A stretch of 64,000 nt of DNA, taken from Polyangia bacterium. GTDB lineage: Bacteria > Myxococcota_A > Polyangia > JAAYKL01. Both the position numbers and the translations under genes were made by a program. Below the pieces are notes generated by a model that was given only the letters and a program-made list of their open reading frames with translations, made no database searches and was not told the DNA's origin. Below are positions 10,355-19,368 of the stretch, piece after piece (positions within the stretch are counted from its first letter, which is position 1; every line of letters starts with the position of its first letter). The stretch covers positions 1 to 64,000 of the forward strand of contig JBNKCR010000077.1 in NCBI GenBank assembly GCA_050287845.1, given 5' to 3'.

Positions 10355-10490
10355 CCTACGTAAACGACCTACGTAAACGACCCTACGTAAACGACTCGGA
10401 GTGATTTCTGAGGGGGTGATTTTTGAGGGGCGGGGGTAATGCTCTATGTAAAAGACTCTATGTAAACGACTCGGAGTGATTTCTGAGGGG
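10354..10490. repeat. Second cluster of the 30-bp repeat, with stuttered partial copies
   Basis: CCTACGTAAACGA x2, full copy 10381-10410, partial GTGATTTTTGAGGGG, partial CTCTATGTAAAAGA, variant copy 10456-10485. Confidence 0.93.
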
Positions 10491-10596
10491 CCCGACCGAG
10501 GTGTAGCCATAGCTACATCGACCGAGGGACTGAGGACGAAAGCGCAAAGATGCCGAATTACTGCGATTGCAGCAAGGAGTCAAACCGGTCGCCGCT

Positions 10597-11724
10597 CTAG
10601 TCCTTAGGCAGGATATCTTTCAGCGCGTTGTACCAGTCCTCTCCCATGATTCTGGCGCCGGTGTCATTGGGGTGAACGCAATCATCGGCGTTGACGGGGC
10701 TGGAGTTGGTCCAGAGATCGGCAACAAATATGGGGGAGTCTTCGGTGCTCTCGCCAATCGCCCAACCGGGAACGGCTTGAACAAGCTGCTCGGCTGCGGC
10801 GTTCACAGCGCCGGCACAGTTTCCCCCCTGGGTGACTACCTTGTGAATCTGCGCCACCACCACGACGATGTCGGGGTTGTGATCCCGGGCTTGTTGAACC
10901 AATGTACTGTAGGCGGCAAGGACGGTCTCAACCGCAGAGACATCCCCTCCCCATACATCGTTGACGCCCAGTTGAATCATAACCAGATCGGGATCCTGTT
11001 CGGTCATAAGGGTCGACATACCCGCAAAATACTGCCCCTGATAACAGTTGCTCATCGTAAACGATTCTTCGGTGTAATTCACCGACGTTGAACAGCTCAC
11101 CGCACCGTGGAGAACATTGCTGCCACAGTCGTCGGTATACGGACCGACAAATTCAAAATGGGTAAATCCGTTGTTCTGCAAATTTTCGAGCAAATATCCC
11201 TTGTAGCAGCCCGGGCCAGCGGATATCGAATCGCCAACGATGAGGATGCGGGGGGTTGTTACGCCCGGGGGAAAAATCTGATCAGGCATCGCATCCGTGC
11301 CCGTGCCCGTGTCTGTGTCTGTGTCCGCATCCGTGTCGCTGTCAGAATCTGTATCAGAGTCTGAATTAGAATCTGAATCTGAGCCTGTGTCTGAATCTGA
11401 ATCAGAACCTGAATCAGAACCGGTGTCGGCATCCGTATCCGTGACGCTGTCAGAATCAGCATCAGCATCAGAATCTGAGTCTGAATCTGAATCTGAGCCC
11501 GTGTCGGCATCCGTATCCGTGTCGGCATCCGTATCCGTGTCGGCATCCGTATCCGTGTCGGTATCCGAATCCGAATCGGTATCGGTATCGGTATCAATGC
11601 TGGTATCGTGCTTCTCGTCTACAGAATGGTCTTTACTGCACATGGCCAATTGGATAGTGAACAGAATTATTACCACAAGGGTGCCACGATGGCGGCCAGG
11701 GTGTATCATAGAGTTACTCCTCAT
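10597..11724 (-). CDS. DT/DS-stalk lipoprotein with SGNH/GDSL hydrolase domain
   Basis: Hydrophobic signal ending QLAMC; D-T/D-S tract; VGDSI, QLGVND and DCVHPN catalytic blocks. Confidence 0.88.
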   Translation of the reverse strand: MRSNSMIHPGRHRGTLVVIILFTIQLAMCSKDHSVDEKHDTSIDTDTDTDSDSDTDTDTDADTDTDADTDTDADTGSDSDSDSDSDADADSDSVTDTDADTGSDSGSDSDSDTGSDSDSNSDSDTDSDSDTDADTDTDTGTGTDAMPDQIFPPGVTTPRILIVGDSISAGPGCYKGYLLENLQNNGFTHFEFVGPYTDDCGSNVLHGAVSCSTSVNYTEESFTMSNCYQGQYFAGMSTLMTEQDPDLVMIQLGVNDVWGGDVSAVETVLAAYSTLVQQARDHNPDIVVVVAQIHKVVTQGGNCAGAVNAAAEQLVQAVPGWAIGESTEDSPIFVADLWTNSSPVNADDCVHPNDTGARIMGEDWYNALKDILPKD

Positions 11725-11878
11725 CTGTGAATACGGGTACCAGGGAAAGTGTTTTCTTTCTTTATACTATTAATTATGAACCGATTTCAACAATTCGCCT
11801 TATGATATACTTTGAAAAGGATAAAAAGGGCCAGTATTTTTTATATTGCCAACAGAAAACCGGTGTATCAGTCTTCAT

Positions 11879-11934
11879 TATATCGAACGCACTCGTGCGA
11901 TTACAGTATATCGAACGCACTTGTGCGATTACAG
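11879..11934. repeat. 28-bp tandem duplication, each unit containing CGCAC-N2-GTGCG
   Basis: TATATCGAACGCACTYGTGCGATTACAG x2 (one mismatch) in a divergent intergenic region. Confidence 0.85.
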
Positions 11935-12204
11935 TCACTGTTAAAAATACGATGCCAATACCTCAATGGGGGGATAAAATCGTAAACGAAGGTTGCATTA
12001 ACCATCTTTCCACTCTACCAACAGATACCGCGTAGCGTGAATTTCCGCCATATGCCGCAGCAGAGCGAATCAAACCATGGTGGATTTCATCGCTGTTGAC
12101 TGATTCGACCGGATAACGCGTTCAGAGTAGCTCATTTGAAAATTTCATAAGCGATAAACGAAAAACAGAAAATTGTAACCAACCCGGAATCATGGTGAAC
12201 AACG

Positions 12205-14418
12205 GTGAACAGATTGATCATAGTTTCAAATCGATTACCAGTAAGCATTCAGAAGAATAACAATGATCTCACGGTCATCCCCAGCAGCGGCGGACTGGCC
12301 ACGGCGCTTCACTCCTACCACCGTTCCAGCGACAGTGTATGGATCGGTTGGCCAGGGGTGGATGCCGAAAGCGATGCGGACAAACAAAACGTGACGCGAT
12401 TGCTGGCCAGAGAACAATGTCTCCCCGTCTTTCTCGGGGGACAGCTGTTAGACGACTACTATCATGGATTCAGCAACACCACCCTCTGGCCCCTGTTCCA
12501 TTACTTTGCCCAGTTTACCGAGTTCAGCACCCGGCATTTCGAAGCGTATCGGCAGGTGAATGAGCTGTTTGCCGAAGAAGTGCTGAAAAACGCGTCCGCC
12601 AATGATACAGTGTGGATTCACGATTATCAGCTATTACTGCTGCCTAACATTTTAAAGCAGAAGCAACCGGATTTGCACATCGGCTTCTTTTTGCACATAC
12701 CGTTTCCGTCGTTTGAAATGTTTCGGATTCTGCCCTGGCGGGAAGAAATTCTCTCTGGAATGCTGGGCGCGGATCTCATTGGATTTCACACCTACGACTA
12801 CGCACGGCACTTCATCAGTTCCGCTCAGCGGCTCCTGGGATACGATGCGGAATTCAACACCATCACCACCGATGACCGGCAGGTTTTTGTGGATGTGTTT
12901 CCCATGGGTATCGACTACGAAAAATTTCAATCTCACGCCATTGCCGTGCAGAGCAAGCCGGTACAGGAACGATCCCGCGAGCACCGGGACATTGACCGCT
13001 TTCTGCTCAGCAAGCCGGATCGGCAATTGATTCTGAGCATCGATCGATTGGACTACACCAAGGGGATTCCGGAACGGATTCATGCCTTCAGACGTTTTCT
13101 ACACAAGCATCCCGAGTATCTGGAGAAGGTTTCGCTCATCATGCTCACTGTTCCTTCGCGGGTAGCGGTAGCTCAGTACCAGAACCTGCGAAGCGAAGTG
13201 GATGAGCTGGTTGGCAGCGTGAACGGTGAGTTTGGTACCATGGGGTGGACACCCATCATTTACTTTTATCGAACCGTACCGTTTCAGCACCTGATTGAAC
13301 TGTATTGTTCGGCTGATGTGGCGCTGCTGACGCCCCTGCGGGACGGGATGAACCTGGTGGCCAAAGAGTACATTGCCACCAAAACAAATTTTAAGGGGGT
13401 GCTGATTCTCAGCGAAATGGCCGGGTCCGCCAAGGAGCTGGGAGAAGCCATTTCGGTCAACCCCAATAATATAGAAGATGTCTCGGATGCCATTCATCGC
13501 GCATTGACCATGCCAGTGGCGGAACAGCGCTATGCCGTCGGCACCATGCAGGAGCGGCTGCAACGATATGATGTTCACAAATGGGCGAGCGAGTTTGTCA
13601 CCGCCCTATCGAAGAGTCAGCAGAAACTGGCAGAGCACCAGGCTCGAAAAATGTCAGAAGTCCTGTTGGCCGAAATGCAGCAATCCTATCTGAATTCACA
13701 GCATCGCGTGCTGTTTCTGGATTACGATGGCACCCTGCAGCGTTTCTTCGGCAATCCCCAGGACGCCATGCCGGACGAGGCCCTCATCGCTCTGCTCAGG
13801 CAAATCAATTCAGATGAACGGAACCACCTTGTTCTGGTGAGCGGACGGGACCGGGAGACTTTGCACAATTGGTTTGGCGCACTGGGATTCACGTTGATTG
13901 CCGAACACGGCGCATGGTTCAAATTCGGTAACGGTGATTGGGTTCTTCGAAATCGCAACAACTCCGAATGGAAGGAAAACATCAGACCGGTGCTGGATTC
14001 CTATGTGGATCGTACACCGGGCAGCCTGATTGAGGAGAAAACCCATTCCCTGGTATGGCATTATCGAAAATCCGACATTGTCCTTGGTGAATTGCGGGCG
14101 CGGGAACTCAAAAGCGACCTGTCAAATCTTCTGATAAATCAGGATTTGGAAGTGCTCGAAGGCAGCAAGGTGGTTGAAGTGAAGGTAACGGGTATTAACA
14201 AGGGCAACGCGGCTCTCGAAATTCTGCAGAGTGAAACCGCCGACTTTTTGCTGGCCATTGGCGATGATTGGACCGATGAGTATCTGTTTAAATCGCTGCC
14301 GGATAATGCCATCACATTCAAGGTGGGCACCGATCGCTCCGCGGCCAGATATTTTGTGGACAACTATAAACATGTCCGCATCCTGTTGAAATCACTGCTT
14401 GAAAATTCGGAAAACTGA
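12205..14418 (+). CDS. otsAB: Bifunctional trehalose-6-phosphate synthase/phosphatase (GT20 + HAD)
   Basis: [37 protein letters not shown] and [11 protein letters not shown] (OtsA); FLDYDGTL and GDDWTDE (OtsB). Confidence 0.95.
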   Translation: MNRLIIVSNRLPVSIQKNNNDLTVIPSSGGLATALHSYHRSSDSVWIGWPGVDAESDADKQNVTRLLAREQCLPVFLGGQLLDDYYHGFSNTTLWPLFHYFAQFTEFSTRHFEAYRQVNELFAEEVLKNASANDTVWIHDYQLLLLPNILKQKQPDLHIGFFLHIPFPSFEMFRILPWREEILSGMLGADLIGFHTYDYARHFISSAQRLLGYDAEFNTITTDDRQVFVDVFPMGIDYEKFQSHAIAVQSKPVQERSREHRDIDRFLLSKPDRQLILSIDRLDYTKGIPERIHAFRRFLHKHPEYLEKVSLIMLTVPSRVAVAQYQNLRSEVDELVGSVNGEFGTMGWTPIIYFYRTVPFQHLIELYCSADVALLTPLRDGMNLVAKEYIATKTNFKGVLILSEMAGSAKELGEAISVNPNNIEDVSDAIHRALTMPVAEQRYAVGTMQERLQRYDVHKWASEFVTALSKSQQKLAEHQARKMSEVLLAEMQQSYLNSQHRVLFLDYDGTLQRFFGNPQDAMPDEALIALLRQINSDERNHLVLVSGRDRETLHNWFGALGFTLIAEHGAWFKFGNGDWVLRNRNNSEWKENIRPVLDSYVDRTPGSLIEEKTHSLVWHYRKSDIVLGELRARELKSDLSNLLINQDLEVLEGSKVVEVKVTGINKGNAALEILQSETADFLLAIGDDWTDEYLFKSLPDNAITFKVGTDRSAARYFVDNYKHVRILLKSLLENSEN

Positions 14419-14447
14419 AATTGATGGGAAAGGATAGTCTTCTGAGA

Positions 14448-16256
14448 ATGGAAAACTTGAATTACGGTATTATTGGCAACTGTCGCAGCGCTGCGCTTAT
14501 CTCGCAGACAGGCTCCATCGAATGGTGCTGTCTGCCCCGATTCGATTCATCGTCCGCATTTGGCAAACTGCTGGATAGAGAAATTGGCGGCTCCTTCGAA
14601 ATTAACGTGACGGACGAATATCAGATCACTCAGGCATACGTGAAGAATACCGGTGTATTGAAAACAACGTTCAGCAACGGTACAGATTGTTTTGAGCTAT
14701 TGGATTTTATGCCCCGGTACAAGGAATCGTTGTCCGGATATCACAATCCCCCCGACATTATCCGCTATTTCAAAAGAATCAGTGGAACTCCCCGGTTCTC
14801 AATAAAATATGCACCGGCTCTGCGATATGCCGAAAGTAAAACAGTTACCCGGATTGAAACCGAATTTATCAAAAGCGTCACCACAGACGGCGAGTACGAT
14901 TCGCTGTATCTGTATAGTGGGTTTGACCACGGGAGTGTGTTGAACGGCGATGAAATCGCTTTGCATCAGGATGGATTCGTGTTGCTCAGCTACAACCAGA
15001 AGCTGCTGCACCAGACGATTGATCTGCAGCACCTCAAACTGGCCAAAACCATCAGTTACTGGATGGACTGGGCCTATCAGCTGACCCGCTACACCCGATA
15101 TCAGGAACAGATCGTCCGTAGTGCGCTTACCCTGAAGTTACTGAGCTACGATAAAACCGGCGCTGTTCTCGCGGCCGCCACCACTTCTCTGCCGGAGACC
15201 ATCGGCGAGGTACGAAACTGGGACTACCGGTTCTGCTGGATCAGAGATGCGTCCATGGCCATCAAGGTGATGGCCCAGCTGGGTCATATCAATATGGCAA
15301 AACGGTTCATGAACTTTGTCATCGACATCATCCCGGATAAAGCAGAGAAGATTCAAATTATGTACGGCATCGATCGCCAGAAGGAGCTTACAGAAACCAC
15401 TCTGGACCACCTGAAGGGATACGAAAACTCATCACCGGTACGGGTGGGCAATGCGGCATACATTCAGAAGCAGAACGACATTTATGGGGTACTGATGGAT
15501 GTAATCTGGCAGCAGTTTCAGCTCTTTGATTTAACAGTGGATCAGAGTGAGGACCTGTGGACCATTGCCCGCAGCATTGTAAAAATTGTGGAAGCCAACT
15601 GGCAAAAGCCAGATAAAGGCATCTGGGAGATTCGTACGGAGGACAGACATTTCACTTTTTCGAAGGTGCTCTGCTGGGTGGCGATAGACAGAGCAGCCAG
15701 CATTGCCGGAATTATCCGCAAGAAGCAATACATTGAGCAATGGCAGAAACTCGCAGACGATATTAAGGCCGATATTCACCGCAACGCCTGGAATTCAAAG
15801 CGCCAGTCGTTCACCCAGTATTACGGTTCAAACGATCAGGATGCCGCCAACCTGCTGATGGAACCATATGGGTTTATCAGTGCCTCGGACGAAAAGTATC
15901 GCAAGACTGTATTGGCCATTGAAAAGGAACTCTGTCGGGGCGGTCTGATGTATCGGTACAAAAACGAAGATGATTTTGGCATTCCCAGCTCGTCATTCAC
16001 CATCTGTACTTTCTGGCTCATCAATGCATTGAACGCCATCGGCCAACGCAGTCACGCCCGTCAGATGTTTGAGCAACTCCTGTCCTACAGCAACCATCTC
16101 GGCCTGTTCAGTGAAGACATCGATTTCAAAACCAAAAGACTGCTGGGAAATTTTCCCCAGGCATACTCGCATCTGGCGCTCATTGAAACCGCCATCAATC
16201 TATCTGAAGGCCATGTAACCGAAGACGAAAAAATTCGCGTCTCACTCCATCGCTGA
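14448..16256 (+). CDS. Glycoside hydrolase family 15 (trehalase/glucoamylase-like)
   Basis: YGIIGNCRSAAL, AATTSLPE..GEVRNWDYRFCWIRD, GIWEIR and LLGNFPQAYSH. Start at 14448; the ORF extends to 14421. Confidence 0.93.
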   Translation: MENLNYGIIGNCRSAALISQTGSIEWCCLPRFDSSSAFGKLLDREIGGSFEINVTDEYQITQAYVKNTGVLKTTFSNGTDCFELLDFMPRYKESLSGYHNPPDIIRYFKRISGTPRFSIKYAPALRYAESKTVTRIETEFIKSVTTDGEYDSLYLYSGFDHGSVLNGDEIALHQDGFVLLSYNQKLLHQTIDLQHLKLAKTISYWMDWAYQLTRYTRYQEQIVRSALTLKLLSYDKTGAVLAAATTSLPETIGEVRNWDYRFCWIRDASMAIKVMAQLGHINMAKRFMNFVIDIIPDKAEKIQIMYGIDRQKELTETTLDHLKGYENSSPVRVGNAAYIQKQNDIYGVLMDVIWQQFQLFDLTVDQSEDLWTIARSIVKIVEANWQKPDKGIWEIRTEDRHFTFSKVLCWVAIDRAASIAGIIRKKQYIEQWQKLADDIKADIHRNAWNSKRQSFTQYYGSNDQDAANLLMEPYGFISASDEKYRKTVLAIEKELCRGGLMYRYKNEDDFGIPSSSFTICTFWLINALNAIGQRSHARQMFEQLLSYSNHLGLFSEDIDFKTKRLLGNFPQAYSHLALIETAINLSEGHVTEDEKIRVSLHR

Positions 16257-16296
16257 ACTGATCATTCATCAGATGCTGCAAACAGTCTATCGCGAA

Positions 16297-16827
16297 CTAC
16301 CGGTCAATTTCTTTTTTTGATTCTATGGAGCGTTTTCTTAAGGAATTCCATTTCTCCACAATGTTCTTTTCACCATCAAAATAGTCTGTCGTGGCGCTCT
16401 TTTTAAAAATATCATAGGATGGCGCGATGAATATTTTTTCAGAGTCCGGGTACTCGCAAAGATCAAATCCAATAAATGTTCTTACGTCCATATACACGCA
16501 GGGTTGGTCACTATGATTGTAAAACTGATGCGCTCCGGTTTTTCCTTTTTCACAGAAAATCAAATCGCCGGGTTTAACTTCCTCCATCCCCTCGTCTGTT
16601 CGAAGTATCATTGTTCCGGATACAACCATAAACAACTCTTCTGCAAATTGATGAAAATGAAAGGGTGCTGAAAACTGACCCGGATTCAATTCTCGCAAAT
16701 CAAAATTCAAATTTTCCGGTTGAATGCCCTGCCGCACTCGTGATGTGTCCGTAAACAGACGAAAATTGTCAATTTTGTTTGGGTCCGCTGTAAACTCCCG
16801 GCTTTCCTTTTTTAAAATTTTTGTCAT
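16297..16827 (-). CDS. Cupin domain protein
   Basis: PGQFSAPFHFH..EELF.V.SG and GDLIF....GAHQFYN cupin motifs; YPDSEK tail. Confidence 0.85.
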   Translation of the reverse strand: MTKILKKESREFTADPNKIDNFRLFTDTSRVRQGIQPENLNFDLRELNPGQFSAPFHFHQFAEELFMVVSGTMILRTDEGMEEVKPGDLIFCEKGKTGAHQFYNHSDQPCVYMDVRTFIGFDLCEYPDSEKIFIAPSYDIFKKSATTDYFDGEKNIVEKWNSLRKRSIESKKEIDR

Positions 16828-17343
16828 AACAACATCTCCAACGTCAAACGCGACATGTGCACCTTCCTTTTCTTAAACTTTACGGATATCAGTGTCTTTC
16901 AGTCCCAATTTTTCCACTGGACCCATTTGAGTCAAGCCCTGAAAATAAAAATGTAACGGCTTCGTTTCACCGTCAAAAAAATGTGCACTCGTCCCCTCCT
17001 GGGCATCGAAAGTTTCAATGCAAGCTGAGCTTTTCGCTGCCCATTCACTGGGAAGCCACCAGCCACAAAATCATCATTCCAGGTACCCGGACGTACGCCC
17101 GACGTACTGAAATTAAAAAAAACGACACAGCAGCAGACCCTGGCCCCGGAGCTCAGAATTTCCGACGAAGAAAGCTGGAAAGCCTCTGAACAGAAGGGAG
17201 AAGCCCATCACGACGCCAACAAATTTCGCCAACTCATCGCAGTGATGAACCGGGCGTTCAAAACCGTCTTCCACATGCCGGCCAACGGCATCGACCAACT
17301 GCGAAAAAAACAGTCCGAACTGTTTCAGTATTGTGGAGCTTAT

Positions 17344-18912
17344 TCAGCGGGCCGTTATGAAAAGGTTACTGATGACGATGGGCGCTTCAGCGGTAAAAGA
17401 GAGGCGAACTCTGGTGGTTTTAACAGGAGTAAATTCAAGCACGCGTTTGTGACCGATGGTGGTGGCAGAGGCCACTTCACGCCAGGCATTGTTTTGCCAG
17501 ATGGAAACGGTGTGTTCACTGACGCGCTGACCCAAAGGCAAATACTCCTGAATCACAACAGCTTCAATCGTTTGCTCATTTTCTAAATCCACTTCAATGC
17601 CACCTTCCAGTACATCATCATCGGTCGCCCAGTAGGTATTGCTGTTGCCATCCAGAGCCATTTCAGGGGAAAATTGGGGATTGTTGTCCCGGATATTGTC
17701 CGCAGTGGCGGTTTTACCGCGGGCCACGTCGTTGGCGTTAAAGTGGCGAACCCAGTCTCCAAACTGCTTCAATCTCTCCATGGATGCCGTGTCAATTTTC
17801 CCATTCGGATTGGGGCTCACATTAATGAGTGCCACTGCTCCCCTGGCGGTTGAAGAGCGATATATCTCCTGCAGTCTTTCCAGACTACAGATGGGCGTAT
17901 CGTTCCAGAACCAGTTTCCCTGTGCGATGCAGTCCGCTTCAAAGGGGGCAGTCCCCAGCCAGTTGGGCTCGCTGACATCACACACTTCGTTTCCGGTCCA
18001 GCGAACCGGGTTCACCGTTCCCTCAAACGTGACAGCATCGGGTTGCAGCGCCCGTACCACGTCGTCGCGCATTTCCGCATCGACCGTCATGTTGTCTGCA
18101 CCAAAGCCGTCAAACCACAATTCGTCTATTGTGCCGTAGTTTGTGCACAACTCTGTCAATTGAGTTAAAAAGTAGTCATTGTAAGCATCTGGATTGGCCC
18201 CGCTGTTCAAATAGTGCAGGTCGTAAGCCGAAAGATACAGTCCCACCCACATATTTGCATTTCTGAACGCAGTTACAACGTCGTGCACCACATCGCCGTT
18301 TCCATTTTTCCAGGGGGAAGCACTCACATTGTGCGCGGTGGTTTCCGTGGGCCAGTTGCAGAATCCATCGTGGTGTTTGGCCGTTAGCACGATACCGCCA
18401 AATCCACCTGCGACGCATGCCTCTATCCATTGAGATGCATCGAAATCCACAGGATTGAATCGCTGGGGATCTTCATTGCCCTCCCCCATGTGGTTGTCGT
18501 TGACGTAATAGGTCTTGATGCCAAAATGGGCAAACAGTATCATTTCTTTCGACAACCATCGCAATTGGGCATCTGTGAGGATGTCTCCATAGGGGGGCGG
18601 TGGATTGGCAATATCGGTGAGAGTGTCCGAATCTGTGCCGGTGCCTGAATCCGTTGATAAGGTGTCCTCATCTGTACTGGTCTCTGTATTCGCTTCTGTG
18701 TCCGAGTCCGTACCTGCATCCGAGTCTGTATCTGCATCTGCATCCGAGTCTGTATCCGCATCTGAATCCGAGTCTGTATCCGCATCTCCGTCCGATGATG
18801 TTGCTGTTTCTGTATCGACATCGCTATTGTGGCCGCCTTCAACATTGCATCCTGACAGTATAAGAAGTGCCAATAGTAAATCGCAGCGTAATAGCCCTGC
18901 GCTTCGGTTCAT
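17344..18912 (-). CDS. DT-stalk lipoprotein alpha-L-fucosidase (GH29) with C-terminal F5/8 type C (CBM32-like) module
   Basis: GGAG RBS before ATG 18912; ILSGC lipobox; FAHFG, LTAKHHDGFCNW and ELWFDG; QEYLPLGQRV and TTIGHKR. Confidence 0.9.
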   Translation of the reverse strand: MNRSAGLLRCDLLLALLILSGCNVEGGHNSDVDTETATSSDGDADTDSDSDADTDSDADADTDSDAGTDSDTEANTETSTDEDTLSTDSGTGTDSDTLTDIANPPPPYGDILTDAQLRWLSKEMILFAHFGIKTYYVNDNHMGEGNEDPQRFNPVDFDASQWIEACVAGGFGGIVLTAKHHDGFCNWPTETTAHNVSASPWKNGNGDVVHDVVTAFRNANMWVGLYLSAYDLHYLNSGANPDAYNDYFLTQLTELCTNYGTIDELWFDGFGADNMTVDAEMRDDVVRALQPDAVTFEGTVNPVRWTGNEVCDVSEPNWLGTAPFEADCIAQGNWFWNDTPICSLERLQEIYRSSTARGAVALINVSPNPNGKIDTASMERLKQFGDWVRHFNANDVARGKTATADNIRDNNPQFSPEMALDGNSNTYWATDDDVLEGGIEVDLENEQTIEAVVIQEYLPLGQRVSEHTVSIWQNNAWREVASATTIGHKRVLEFTPVKTTRVRLSFTAEAPIVISNLFITAR

Positions 18913-19368
18913 TGCTCTCGCTCCTGTGTCATTTATGAAACCCTGTCCAATCCATTTAATTGTGGTTTTTTGCAAAACAATTATACGCGCAATGTCGAAA
19001 ATTTGCTTCTCTTCATTGCCAATAATTATGGTACTCGCCTATCCACCGCGGATTCGAGACGCCTCAAATGGTCGATAGCTCCTCACCACGGCGGATTCTT
19101 ACTACACATTTTGTTTTGATTTCGGCCGCTTCAGGCTATTTTCAACCCACAGATTCTTTTGAAACCCCCTATTTTTTTTGAAGCGTTTGCCAATAATCCG
19201 GACAAGCCCGAGAGCGTATCCGGGACGGTTGCCGTGGCCCTGGGCGTCGGGGTTGAACCGGGTGAAATGAGAATTGTCGAAATGACGGGCGGTGGCGCAT
19301 TTCAGGGAAGAATCAAAGTGTATTTCGTCTGGCAGGTCATGGATGTGCAGTAACCGGGAGTAAGGAAA

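Noticed and set aside
16857..17343. Short ORFs between the cupin and fucosidase genes
   Set aside because: No recognisable motif or RBS; possibly a remnant, but unsupported.
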